From an uncultured Candidatus Binatia bacterium (GTDB lineage: Bacteria; Desulfobacterota; Binatia; Bin18), in NCBI GenBank assembly GCA_965214605.1, contig OZ243961.1:160001-224000 (forward strand): a stretch of DNA of 64,000 bases, read 5' to 3'. The position numbers and the translations under genes were made by a program. The stretch's first letter is position 1, and every line of letters begins with the position of its first letter. Below the pieces are notes generated by a model that saw nothing but the letters and a program-made list of their open reading frames with translations, had not been told where the DNA came from and ran no database searches. Shown here piece by piece: positions 43,988 through 53,802 of the stretch.

Positions 43988-45159
43988 CGACGTTCCTCCA
44001 GCCATTCCGTCAGGGTCCGCACACGCACATCCGGGGCAATCTCCGATAACAGTCTCTGCTCGTCGGCGCCCATCAAGGGGTCAGGATATACGATCACCGG
44101 AGCCGAGTCCTCGCTGCCAGGGGGCAATGCCGCCAACGTGATCAACTCGGGCGGCCGGGCCGTGAACAGGACGCCCGGAGAATCTGCAAGATGTTGCCCG
44201 ACTCGGCAAAGCCACAACCAGGTGCGGAAGACCTCATCCAGGAGGCAGCCCGCGACCGTTCCGATCCGGTCCGTTCGGCCCGGTTCCATGCGGACGACCG
44301 GCACGTTACCGAGATACGGCATTCCGCGCGGATCGATGTCGCGCACGCAATCGACAACGAGCATCGGCACCAGACGACGCTTTGCCTCAATGACCTCACG
44401 GCGGCACCATTCCCGGGTGGAGTAGGAATCGGTGTGCACCGCCATGACGGCGCCGGCACCGATCTGGTGTCGCAGGACCTCTCCGAATGGCAACCCAGGT
44501 GGGATGTCATGGACGTCAAAGAAGCTTGCGAGCGGGCTGTGTCTGTGGATCCAGTCACGGATGTCGTGGGCCACGGACTCACCGTCCTTGTCATGCTTCG
44601 AGTGACTGATGAAGACCTGGATTTTCTCCAGATAGCGCTCGGGGGACGCCCCCCCATCCGGTCGCTGGAGCTCGTCGAGGCGATGCCGGAGCATGCGGCA
44701 GAATTCATGGGTCAGGTCCGAGGTCAGCCGTCGATGCTGGTCCGTCTCTCGCTCCTCCCACAGATCCCAACGCAACGCTTGCTGATCAAGCCCCAGCTCG
44801 AGCCCTCGACGGTCGATCGTCACCGGAAAGAAGCCCACGGGGACTCCCCTTGTCCGTGCGGCCCGGGCGATATCGCGGACATAGTCGGGCCATTCGGGAT
44901 CGTCGACCAGCATCGCCTCGGCCAGAACGACGACCGCCGTAAACTCCGCGTCTTCCCAGTCGATCGCCAAAGGCGTGGACGCGCCCGGCACGGGGGGATC
45001 ACTACGCTCAAGGACACTCACCCCGTGCTCTTCGCCCACGGTGTTATAGAGATCTCTGCCGTAGTCAGTGCGGAGCCGATCCGCAATCTTCCTGCCATCC
45101 GCATAGGAAGGATGCCACATGACATACACCGCGAAGAGCGGGCGGGTCGATAAATCCAT
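43984..45159 (-). CDS. multi-domain TIR protein (central TIR_2 domain)
   Basis: QVFISHSKHD, FFDVHDIPPG, TDSYSTREWCRREV (catalytic Glu), PYLGNVP; extra N- and C-terminal domains. Confidence 0.88.
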   Translation of the reverse strand: MDLSTRPLFAVYVMWHPSYADGRKIADRLRTDYGRDLYNTVGEEHGVSVLERSDPPVPGASTPLAIDWEDAEFTAVVVLAEAMLVDDPEWPDYVRDIARAARTRGVPVGFFPVTIDRRGLELGLDQQALRWDLWEERETDQHRRLTSDLTHEFCRMLRHRLDELQRPDGGASPERYLEKIQVFISHSKHDKDGESVAHDIRDWIHRHSPLASFFDVHDIPPGLPFGEVLRHQIGAGAVMAVHTDSYSTREWCRREVIEAKRRLVPMLVVDCVRDIDPRGMPYLGNVPVVRMEPGRTDRIGTVAGCLLDEVFRTWLWLCRVGQHLADSPGVLFTARPPELITLAALPPGSEDSAPVIVYPDPLMGADEQRLLSEIAPDVRVRTLTEWLEERR

Positions 45160-45236
45160 GGTGGTACCGGTCTAATCCCTTCGCAGTTCTTCAGGCAAAC
45201 GATCCGTTCAGCACGGGCCGCACCCATTTTCGAGGT

Positions 45237-46480
45237 TCATTCGCGCAACCGCGACCGTGGTGGTCTCGTCATCGCACCATAATGCAAACCGCACTGCAGC
45301 CGGAGCTCGCGGTCCACGCTCTTCGGCGCGCGGGCCCGTGCCTGCGCCTTACTGCCCAAGGTCCCTCTCGACCCGTTGACCATGCACCGGTCCAGAGGGC
45401 TCGCGGTCCTTCGCCGCCTGCGCATCCCGATCGACGCTCTCGGCGATTGGGCGGTGTCTCCACGATCCGCCTCGCTGTCGCGCGCCAACGCCCCTTCTCT
45501 CTGGACCCCGGCTTCCGCATCCTTGGCGGGCACGCCCTGTACCCCCTCGCCAGTCCCCTCCGGCTACTAAGATACGCTCTCCAGTCACGGCTTTCAACTG
45601 CTCGTGCAGCCTCGCCGCATCGTCAGTTAGCAGCTCGGCCCGGTTCCGCGCCCGGCTGATCTCGACGTAGAAGCTCTTCTGCGTGGTGAGATGAGGGTGG
45701 TTCGCCTCCATCGCGGCGATCACGTTGGCGACGGTGCGCCCCTGGAAGGCCTGCACCGTCGAGGCCCAGGCGTGATTGAGATGGCGCAACTGCGGGTCGC
45801 CTTCGCTCAGGCTGAGCATGCGCGCCCATCGTTGAGCCGGAACGATACACGGCCGTTGTTCACCCCGGTTACCTCTACGGTGTGGCTGTTGACGAGCCCG
45901 AGGCCGGTGTCGTTGCAGGTCCAGCGGACGCGGTCTCCGGCACGGAGCTCGATCCCCTCCACGCAGTAGACCTCACTGCCGCCCTGCCGTCCGCCGATCT
46001 CCCCCGGCTTCCAGCGCACCATGCCTCCTTCGCTGCCTTCCAGCAGGACCTCGCGGGTCTCGTGATCGACCCCGGCCACCTGCCGTCCTTGCCCCGGACC
46101 ATGTTGGCGAGGACCGCGTGGGTGTGGAGCTGGGGGGCGAGGTTGCGGGAGGTATCGTGACGGAAGGTGGCGGCCACCGTGCTCTGGTTGGCGGCGCGGA
46201 CCATGCGGCCGGTCTCCGGTGTAGCCGCATGCGGGTTTCGGCCGCGTTCGTCTCAATCCAGGCGAGCGTGCGCGCGACGGCCCGGTCGTGGGCACCGACC
46301 ACTCGGCTGTCGCCGCCGACCAATGCGATAGGGAGACGGATTTGGGCGCCGAGAAGGTGAGGTCGCGGCCGGGCCGGTGGATGCGGTTGCCGTCCTTGGC
46401 GAGGAGTACGAGCCGGCGCGCCGCTGCCGTCAGGCGCCCTGCAATGGTTGTCGGCCTTGAACACCTCCGGCCCAGCGGGC
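45237..46480 (-). pseudogene. MOBF (TrwC/TraI) relaxase-helicase, frameshifted and internally deleted
   Basis: AHDRAVARTL; FRHDTSRNLAPQLHTHAVLANM (HUH motif) joined near 46080 to the helicase C-terminus (ELRAGDRVRWT, HAWASTVQAFQG, FYVEISRAR). Confidence 0.88.
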
Positions 46481-46599
46481 TGGATCCCGAGCTTCATCGA
46501 ACGCCTTGGTGGATCTCGCCGGCGCATCGGCGAGCCTCGCGTGGTGGCCTTCAGGTCGGGATCCTCGCTGGCGCTCTGGCATCGGCCGCTGCCATCGAC

Positions 46600-47240
46600 C
46601 GCCGGGACCGTCTCTCCCTGTCGGACTGCGGCGCCGTCGCCGCGCGGTTGACGGACTACGGTGTCCGGCCCGGTCCGTTCCCGGCCGCCCGCACCGCCTC
46701 CGCCCTCGGGATGAACCGCTCGGCGGCCCTAGGGCGGCTCACATACTTGAGCCGGATGGGGGCGATCGGGAGCGGCCCAGGAAAGCGGAGCCAGCCGTGG
46801 AGGCTCTCCAGCTGCATGATCTCCGAGGTGAGGGCGCGCGCACAGCTCGCACTTGGGCGTGAACGAGACGCCGTCGCGGATGGTGTTGGCGCCGTAGGAG
46901 AACCCTTCGGCCATCTCCTCGACCTCGCTGCGCCCGAGGCTGTCGGCCGACCACTGCACGGTGTCGCAGTCGGGTGCGGCAAGCACCACGCGGGGCCGCG
47001 GCCCGAGGTGGTCTCGGCGCCGTTGCGCCCGTGGAGGTCGCGGAGCGCCGAGATCACCTGGATGCCGAGCACGAAGCAGTCACCGAACTGGCGCGACTCG
47101 GCGAGCCCCGGCTGGAGCGAGGGGACCTGGTGGAGGGTGGGGAGCTCGTCAAGCACGACCCAGATGCGGCGTGCGTCGTCGTGGTCGAGCGAGAGCATGG
47201 CGTTGACCGCGATCTTGAGCCAGGTAGAGATGAGGCCTCG
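46600..47240 (-). pseudogene. TraD/TrwB type IV coupling protein, C-terminal fragment
   Basis: RIWVVLDELPTL (Walker B), LAESRQFG, SYGANTIRDGVS, SEIMQL; frameshifted. Confidence 0.88.
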
Positions 47241-47255
47241 CAGGCTCGGTACTGG

Positions 47256-47556
47256 AGTGTTAGGTGCCGAGGAAGCCCAACAGAACTAAGGCTCTTTTCG
47301 GAGGAAAACACAGAGAAGTCCGAGCATGGCACCGAGTTGGCCTATCTCCAGAATAAGGGGTTGTCGGCTAGATCTTCTTTGCTCGGTCAGTGCTGCGCCA
47401 ACAGGTGGGCTCCATAAATAAACACGACTCCGGCCAGCGTTGCCAAAGGCAGGAGGCGGGAATGGCTAGCATCATGGGCGGCTGGCAGGAGACTACTCGC
47501 CCCGAGATACAGAAGCACGCCAGCAAACCATCCCAGCAGTAAGGCTAACTGCGGCG
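47256..47556 (+). repeat. 301-bp direct repeat, right copy
   Basis: Matches 41714-42014; contains the 3' end of the full-length ZIP gene. Confidence 0.95.
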
Positions 47557-48127
47557 TGGCGAGCGTCACATAGGCTTGGAGCCACACGCCGGAGAGAGGT
47601 GCGAGGGCGGTCAGCCCCAACATTGCGGTGGTCGCCCGGGGCGAGTGCCGGGTGCCCAACATCAGGCTCGCCACGCTGGCACCGTCGGCCAGTTTATGGA
47701 GAGTCACTCCTAATGCGATCGCCCAGCCGATATGGTCGTGAATGTGAAAGCCTTTCCCAATGGCAAATCCGTCAATTAGGCTGTGGACCATAATGCCGAG
47801 GGCTCCCAGCCCTCCGGCATGGGAGACATGGGCATGATGGGCTTCTCGCTCTTCGGGGGGGTCTCGGTCGTGGGTGGCATACTCAAGCACGTAAAAACAC
47901 AAAAATCCGCATACGCAGGCGAGCTGCAGGTGGTGGTACTCAAGGAGACTATCGGTCGAGTTCAAGAGCGCTAAGGCGTCGGGCAAGATCTCCACTAAGG
48001 CCCCGGTCATCAGGGCCCCGGCGCAGAAGGCAAACAGCACGCCTTGATAAGACCGAAAACGGAGGGCCAGCACTCCGCCGACTAGGGTGAGGACGCACGT
48101 AGCGCCTGCAATCCAGAAAGCAGTCAT
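47387..48127 (-). CDS. ZIP family metal transporter
   Basis: His-rich loop, HSLIDG (TM4), LHKLADG (TM5), LLPAAH. Confidence 0.9.
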   Translation of the reverse strand: MTAFWIAGATCVLTLVGGVLALRFRSYQGVLFAFCAGALMTGALVEILPDALALLNSTDSLLEYHHLQLACVCGFLCFYVLEYATHDRDPPEEREAHHAHVSHAGGLGALGIMVHSLIDGFAIGKGFHIHDHIGWAIALGVTLHKLADGASVASLMLGTRHSPRATTAMLGLTALAPLSGVWLQAYVTLATPQLALLLGWFAGVLLYLGASSLLPAAHDASHSRLLPLATLAGVVFIYGAHLLAQH

Positions 48128-48142
48128 ATGAGGAAGCAGACT

Positions 48143-48168
48143 ATACTACTGCGACAGAGTTGTAAGTA
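48143..48168. promoter_or_regulatory. putative Fur-family (Zur-like) operator upstream of ZIP
   Basis: ATACTACTGCGACAGAGTTGTAAGTA; 17/26 identical to the box at 54153-54178. Confidence 0.55.
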
Positions 48169-48184
48169 GGGTGCTCTGCCCGTG

Positions 48185-48838
48185 TCACGCTGCTGGCTCC
48201 TGCGTACCAAACAGCCCTTCCTTGCCCTCTTTGACTAGCCAGGGCAGTATGCTCAAAGCGGCGGCCGGGTCTGCCCACCACCAACCTAGGAGCGCATTGG
48301 CTCCCAGACCGAGCAGGAGTGTGAATGACAAATACGAACAGGCGAGGGTTTCTTTTGCCTCGGCCCGCAGAGCCTGACTCCCGACGACAGCCGCCGCCCG
48401 AAGTTTTCCAAGGGACACGAGCGGCATAATTGTCAGTGAGAGGCCAGCCAGGACAATACCAATGAGGCTTTCGTGTGGGGCTTCCCGCTGCCACAATATC
48501 CAGCCGGCCTGGCCTAGCACGTACACGGCCAGAGCAAAAAACGAGACGCCTACAAATTGGTGTAACCGACGGTCTGCGCGTGCTATGCGTTCTATGGCAA
48601 CGCCTTGCAGCTCAAGCGCGAGACGCCACAAGAGGACCCCGGCGGCGAGGAGTTCAATCAGGCTGTTGAGGCCAAACTCAATCAGCGCAATACTCGCCGC
48701 TTCGGTACCGGCCCACAGCGCAATCACCGCTTCGACGATGTTATACAGCATCGTCGCAATAACGAGGCCAAGGCCAATCCGTAGCCAGCGCTCGGACGGC
48801 GTGCGGGGGGGAATCCCGACCGCAGCTCCGGGTCCCAT
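48185..48838 (-). CDS. cation-efflux (CDF-like) membrane protein
   Basis: YNIVEAVIA, SIAL..FGLNSLIE, ALRAEAKETLACSYLS, GWWWADP. Confidence 0.85.
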   Translation of the reverse strand: MGPGAAVGIPPRTPSERWLRIGLGLVIATMLYNIVEAVIALWAGTEAASIALIEFGLNSLIELLAAGVLLWRLALELQGVAIERIARADRRLHQFVGVSFFALAVYVLGQAGWILWQREAPHESLIGIVLAGLSLTIMPLVSLGKLRAAAVVGSQALRAEAKETLACSYLSFTLLLGLGANALLGWWWADPAAALSILPWLVKEGKEGLFGTQEPAA

Positions 48839-48860
48839 TTTTCTCCACCTCCACCAACCA

Positions 48861-49721
48861 TTATCCACTGGTCCTATACCGCCGAACTATCCACCCGCCC
48901 ACCACTAGCAGGCAGAGACACGCTGCAGCCATCTGTCCAGGAGGATAGTCGTAGTAGTTGGCTAGGACAAAGGCTGACACGTCTGTTACCAGCGAGACGG
49001 CCGGGGCGATCACAAACATTTGCCGACTTTCCCGACAGACATTTTTGGCCGCCAGGGCCGGGAGCACCAGACTGGCAAAGCTGAATACTACGCCGGAGAC
49101 ATGGATGGAAAACCCGACCGCCAGCCCCAGCCAGACCGCAATCAGGCCGTTCCACACCTCTACCCGCAAGCCGACCGCACGTGCCATTGTCGGGTCGATA
49201 ACCAGCAGCAGCGCTTGATAGGAATATCTCCACAGCATTATAGCCGTGCCCAGCAGCATGGCGGTAAAAATCCACACGTCGGTCCGTCTGGCGCCGATGA
49301 TGGTGCTGGATGACAGTCGGTTGATCTCTTCCATACCGATGGGGCTGTGGGCCATCAGCAGGATGGCTAGGCTGACCGACACCAGAAAGACCCAGCCGGT
49401 AAGGGCTTCGTGGGTTTCTTGGCCGCCACCCCGGTTGCCGCTGGCCGTCAGCAGGGCGGCCAATACGGCAAACACGCCGCCCATTGCCGAGTGGAAGAGG
49501 TCGGATCGCCACCAGCTGTGGATATCCTGACTGATTACACCGCCCAGCCATATACCGATAGCAATGCCCAGCATGGAAGCCTGAGAGACCGCCGCGCCAA
49601 TAAAAATCTGATCTCGGGCCACGACGAGGACGCCGATAAGGGACAGCAGCAGGCCGATCAGCCAGCCAGACACATAGGCGTAGTGAAACAACGGCCAGGA
49701 GGCGAGAAAGTTGTCGATCAC
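48861..49721 (-). CDS. metal ABC transporter permease (ZnuB/MntB type)
   Basis: GVLVVARDQIF.GAAVSQ, DPTMARAVG, LVLPALAA, DYPPG. Confidence 0.88.
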   Translation of the reverse strand: MIDNFLASWPLFHYAYVSGWLIGLLLSLIGVLVVARDQIFIGAAVSQASMLGIAIGIWLGGVISQDIHSWWRSDLFHSAMGGVFAVLAALLTASGNRGGGQETHEALTGWVFLVSVSLAILLMAHSPIGMEEINRLSSSTIIGARRTDVWIFTAMLLGTAIMLWRYSYQALLLVIDPTMARAVGLRVEVWNGLIAVWLGLAVGFSIHVSGVVFSFASLVLPALAAKNVCRESRQMFVIAPAVSLVTDVSAFVLANYYDYPPGQMAAACLCLLVVGGWIVRRYRTSG

Positions 49722-50485
49722 CCCGAACTCCCGGCCGCGGACAGGGGGTTGGTGTCGGCTTGGACCTGAGGCAGCCGCCCTGCTGTTTGACCGTAGAGCT
49801 GTTCAAGCCTGTCAGCGGTAAGCATCTGAGCGCGTGTCCCAGCTGCCAGCGTCCCGCCGGTGATAAACCCGATGTGGGTGGCGTAGCGGGAGGCAATTGT
49901 CAGCTTGTGGGTAACAAACAGAACTGTGTTGCGCTCCTCGGTGTGAAGGGCGGACAGGGTTTGCAGGAAAGCATCCTCCGTAACCAAGTCGAGATGATTG
50001 GTCGGCTCGTCTAGGAGCAGGAGGGTCGGACGACGCACCAGAGCTCGGGCTACCAGGACCCGCTGGCGCTGGCCGCCGGACAGCGACCAGTAGTCCTTGT
50101 CAGCCAGGTGGCCCAGCCCCATTTTGTCCAAGGCCCAGATCAAGCGCCGGCGCCGCTGGGCCCGAGCCACGCGGATGCCCACCAGGCCCAGCAGCGCAAA
50201 CTCACCGACTGTCATGGGCAGGCTGGGGTTGATCTCGCAGTCCTGGGGGACAAAGCCAGTGCACTCCAGGTGGCCCAACCGAGGAGGAAACACCAGCCGT
50301 CCGGCCTGGGGCTGAAGTATGCCCAGCAGGCCGCGTAACAGGGTGGTTTTGCCAGTCCCATTCCGGCCCAGGAAGCACCAGAACTCGCCGGCGTGGACGG
50401 TCAGATTCACGTCGGCGAGAACGACCTTGTGTCCGTAGCCAAGGGACAAGGACTGGGTTTGCAGGACAGTCTCAGGACCTTCCAT
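49718..50485 (-). CDS. metal ABC transporter ATPase (ZnuC type)
   Basis: GRNGTGKTT, FVPQ, LSGGQRQR, LLLDEPT. Confidence 0.92.
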   Translation of the reverse strand: MEGPETVLQTQSLSLGYGHKVVLADVNLTVHAGEFWCFLGRNGTGKTTLLRGLLGILQPQAGRLVFPPRLGHLECTGFVPQDCEINPSLPMTVGEFALLGLVGIRVARAQRRRRLIWALDKMGLGHLADKDYWSLSGGQRQRVLVARALVRRPTLLLLDEPTNHLDLVTEDAFLQTLSALHTEERNTVLFVTHKLTIASRYATHIGFITGGTLAAGTRAQMLTADRLEQLYGQTAGRLPQVQADTNPLSAAGSSG

Positions 50486-50487
50486 GC

Positions 50488-50901
50488 CTAGGGAGCCGGT
50501 GTTTCGGACGCTGAATTGAGACAGGTCCGGCACAGGTGTCGGTTCAGCAGGTGGCTGGTAGCCAGAATGACAGCGCCGACACTCACTAGGGTTATCTCTA
50601 ATCTTCCTTCGGCAAACAGGCGACTAGCGGTAATTGCTGCCACTGCCGCGGCTAAGAGGAAGAAGGGTTGGCCGCCTCTATGGAGACGGAATCCCCAGCA
50701 CAGGTTGCTCAGGGCCAGGATGATGGCAGAGCTCAACAGGACAACTTCTGTCATTTCGTCTGCCAGAAAACTCAGGCTGAGGAATGGTAGGACTGCTACC
50801 AGAAGCGGAGTGAGCAGGCAATGGGTAGCACACACCAGAGATAACCCGGCTCCGAACTGGTCAAGCCATAGGCAAAAAGGGGCAACGCCCCGTTGGCTCA
50901 T
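50488..50901 (-). CDS. MerC-domain membrane protein
   Basis: LDQFG..LSLVCATHCLLTPLL, GFRLH, SHLLN..C. Confidence 0.8.
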   Translation of the reverse strand: MSQRGVAPFCLWLDQFGAGLSLVCATHCLLTPLLVAVLPFLSLSFLADEMTEVVLLSSAIILALSNLCWGFRLHRGGQPFFLLAAAVAAITASRLFAEGRLEITLVSVGAVILATSHLLNRHLCRTCLNSASETPAP

Positions 50902-51929
50902 GTCGCGCCCCCCAAGACCGAGGCGAGCTGTGTGACGTTATAGTCAAGCATGGCCAGATAGGTGTCGATGCCGGGCCGGGAAGCCACCTGGTCAGCCATG
51001 TTGACGATAGTTACGCTGGTATTGCTGGCCACAAACTCAGCGTAGCGGGAATCATAATAGGCCACGGCTAGAATAGCTTTGACCTGGTTCGTCTGTATCA
51101 GCTCAATGACAGTCTGCATGTGGCTGGTTGTTGGCGGAATCCCGGGTAGGGGTTCGAGGTAGGCAAGGATGTTGAGGCCGAACAGATGGGCAAAATAGGG
51201 CCAAGCGTTATGATCGCCAACGATATTTGCCCCTTCATACGGCTGCATCATGCCTAGCCAGCCGGCCAGCAGGGCTTCTTCGCCCTGACTATCAAGGAAC
51301 TGGACGAGCTGGCCGCGTTCGACCAGCAGGGCTAGCTTTTCAAAGTCGTACTTATGAAAGAGCGCTTCACCGACCAACGCGACGCCAAGCCGCTGGCGGA
51401 AGTCCTGGTAGCGCCGGGCAAAGTCCTCGCTGGCGCCTGGACGCAGGGTTGACAGCCGATCGCGGAGTAAGCCGGCAACGCGTAGGCCATTCACAGGATT
51501 CAGCAGATAGTGGGGATTGCCCAGGGGATGAACATCGCCTAGAGACCGATCGACTGTTGTGGTTGGAATCTCAAGCGGGGTAACGACAACCGAGGCGTCG
51601 ATATATCCTGGTCTGCCGGTCTGCAACCGGGCGTTCCGCGAACTGGACAGCAAGGGCGGGGCCCAGCCGGTTTCTAGGTCAAGGCCAATCTGAACGTAGG
51701 CGTCGCACTGGTTCAGGGCTTTAATAAAGCTCGGCTTGGGGACAACAAAATGGGGATCTTCTGTGCCTTTGGCAAACACGGTGACGGCGACCTGTTCGCC
51801 GCCGATCTCACGGACGAGGCTGCCGAGTTCGGGCACGGTCGCGCAGACCTGAAGTGGCTGGGCGTAGGCCAGAGCGGACACACTAAGACTCAGGATAAAA
51901 CTGCAAATGACAGGGCGGATGATGAACAC
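50898..51929 (-). CDS. metal ABC transporter substrate-binding protein (ZnuA/TroA family)
   Basis: EDPHFV, GLDLETGW, GDVHPLGNPHY, EPLPGIPPT; GTG start after GGAGG. Confidence 0.9.
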   Translation of the reverse strand: MFIIRPVICSFILSLSVSALAYAQPLQVCATVPELGSLVREIGGEQVAVTVFAKGTEDPHFVVPKPSFIKALNQCDAYVQIGLDLETGWAPPLLSSSRNARLQTGRPGYIDASVVVTPLEIPTTTVDRSLGDVHPLGNPHYLLNPVNGLRVAGLLRDRLSTLRPGASEDFARRYQDFRQRLGVALVGEALFHKYDFEKLALLVERGQLVQFLDSQGEEALLAGWLGMMQPYEGANIVGDHNAWPYFAHLFGLNILAYLEPLPGIPPTTSHMQTVIELIQTNQVKAILAVAYYDSRYAEFVASNTSVTIVNMADQVASRPGIDTYLAMLDYNVTQLASVLGGAT

Positions 51930-51939
51930 AGGAATCCTC

Positions 51940-53622
51940 CTAGAAGTTATGGGCCGGATGCGCTCCATATAGCCACTCGAAGCCCAGCCATACGCTGTGG
52001 GCGTTGGAGTCGAGATGCGAGGCATCATCAAAGTTGTACTGGAGGCGAAGGCGCGAGAACTCTGAGGGGCGCCACGAGAGAAGTGGGGAGAGGCGGTGGC
52101 GATCATTCCGAAAGGGGTCGTTCCGTCGGCCGCCAATGCTGGGACCGCTCCCGCCAGCGTAGTCATAGCGCAGGCCGGCCGCCCAACCGTAGCGAAAGCC
52201 GTACAACAGCTGGGTGTACAGACCCCAGTCTTTCAGGGTCCGACCATACAGAATTTCTTCGTCTTCTTCATGAGTGTAGCGGTCGGCGTGAAAATCGCGC
52301 CGCATGATCTCAGTCTGCCAGCTCAGGAAGGGCCAGCCCCGGAAGTTACCGTCGGGGTTCCATCGCCATTTCATATCCAGGCCGTAGATCCACGTATCGC
52401 CGTCGTCGCCGGTGGCGTTTGGCCCGTACAGCCCTGAGACGCCGAGCACTCCGGTGATGTTGTCGGTGAGATTGATTGAGTTGTTCCAGCGGGCCAGATA
52501 GACAAAGTCGCCAAACCCGTCAAAGACATTCCGGCCGGCTGGACGACAGCCGATCAGGGCGCACTCTAGGGCGTGGCCGTTCTCCGCAGTATGGCCGTGG
52601 TCTTCGTCGTGATCGCCCAGGTGGTCTTCGTCATGATCGTCTAGGTGGTCTTCGTCATGATCGTCTAGGTGGTCTTCGTCGTGATCGTCTAGGTGGTCCT
52701 CGTCATTACTGGCGACGTGATTCTCCTCGTGGCCGTGCCCTCCACCGGCGTGGCTGTGGCGTTCGCCTCGGAAGCTGACCATCTGGACCCCGTTGGCATT
52801 CTGCATGCCGAAGTGCAGCTCCGAGAACCACGGGGTCGGAGTGAGCCACGAGGTGCGGAAGCCGGTCTGGCGCATGCCGTCGCCGCCGAACAGACGCGAG
52901 TTTACGACCGGTTGGTCGATCCAGTCCCACTGGTGAGGGTGCTGGGTGTTGATCTGACCGAATTCGGTAAAAAAGTGACCAACTTCCAACTGAAGGTTAT
53001 AGGGCAGGGCGGTGCTTGTCAGAAAGGCTTCTTCCAGCTCAACAATGGTTTCGCCTTCGACCGGGTCAATGGCGCTGATCAGATACATCTCTCCCCGAAA
53101 ATAGGGGTCAACCGCGGCGCTCAGAGACAACTCGGCCTGCCCCAGAGTGAAGCCGCGTCTGTTCGGTTCGTGCGCCCCGCCCTGGATGGTAGACAGAGCT
53201 TCGCCTTTTTCACTGGAGCCGCCAGCGTAAAATAAGACATCGGCCGCAATATCGATAAGACGCAGCTGCGCTCCGCCGCCCAGGGGGCGCGACCACAGAC
53301 CCTCCGGCCGTGCCCTGAGCGATGGCTGACGGCCTTCGGCCAGGCTCTGCCGAATGGCTTTGTCGAGCGGAGAGTCGAGCTGCTCGGTAAAAGCACCCGC
53401 TTCGGTCTGTTGTTGGATGCGTTCCTCATTGGTCGCGCCCTCTCGCTGCATTTTGAGAATCGTGTTTTGTAGATGTTGAACGGTTTCTTGTAGGCTCTGA
53501 ACTTGCTCCTTGAGGGCTTCCATCTCAGCGGCCCGCACACTCGTGGCAGCGAGTACACTTCCCCCCAAGACGGCGGCTCCACAAACAAGCCGGCACAGTA
53601 TGTTTGTATATATCATCCTCAT
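51940..53622 (-). CDS. outer-membrane beta-barrel, putative zinc-uptake receptor/porin, with His/Asp repeat
   Basis: Signal peptide, coiled coil, ELSLSAAVDPYF, LEEAF, FGQINTQHPHQW, SEFSRLRLQY, C-terminal GAHPAHNF. Confidence 0.8.
   Translation of the reverse strand: MRMIYTNILCRLVCGAAVLGGSVLAATSVRAAEMEALKEQVQSLQETVQHLQNTILKMQREGATNEERIQQQTEAGAFTEQLDSPLDKAIRQSLAEGRQPSLRARPEGLWSRPLGGGAQLRLIDIAADVLFYAGGSSEKGEALSTIQGGAHEPNRRGFTLGQAELSLSAAVDPYFRGEMYLISAIDPVEGETIVELEEAFLTSTALPYNLQLEVGHFFTEFGQINTQHPHQWDWIDQPVVNSRLFGGDGMRQTGFRTSWLTPTPWFSELHFGMQNANGVQMVSFRGERHSHAGGGHGHEENHVASNDEDHLDDHDEDHLDDHDEDHLDDHDEDHLGDHDEDHGHTAENGHALECALIGCRPAGRNVFDGFGDFVYLARWNNSINLTDNITGVLGVSGLYGPNATGDDGDTWIYGLDMKWRWNPDGNFRGWPFLSWQTEIMRRDFHADRYTHEEDEEILYGRTLKDWGLYTQLLYGFRYGWAAGLRYDYAGGSGPSIGGRRNDPFRNDRHRLSPLLSWRPSEFSRLRLQYNFDDASHLDSNAHSVWLGFEWLYGAHPAHNF
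52597..52706 (-). repeat. 24-bp coding tandem repeat (~4.5 units; DHDEDHLD)
   Basis: Plus-strand unit GTGGTCTTCGTCRTGATCGTCTAG at 52597, 52621, 52645 and 52669, plus a partial copy. Confidence 0.95.
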
Positions 53623-53802
53623 GATTTCCTGTTCCTGTCTCGTCTCTGTGACAGAGATATAGGTGAGGCGACGCAGAACAGCGGGAGTGGGTCAATATCA
53701 GCACCCTAGACCTGTTGCCCCGCTTTCAGTGAGAGGCGAGTATGGACGGCGACTCGCACTGAGCTGATCTTATCGCTTCACACGTGTGAGTTGGCCCGAT
53801 AT

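Larger units (their letters stand above)
42015..47255. mobile_element. integrated, decayed conjugative element (MOBF relaxase and TraD remnants) carrying a TIR-SLOG-TIR operon
   Basis: Flanked by 301-bp direct repeats; GC-rich; relaxase/coupling-protein pseudogenes. Confidence 0.8.
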
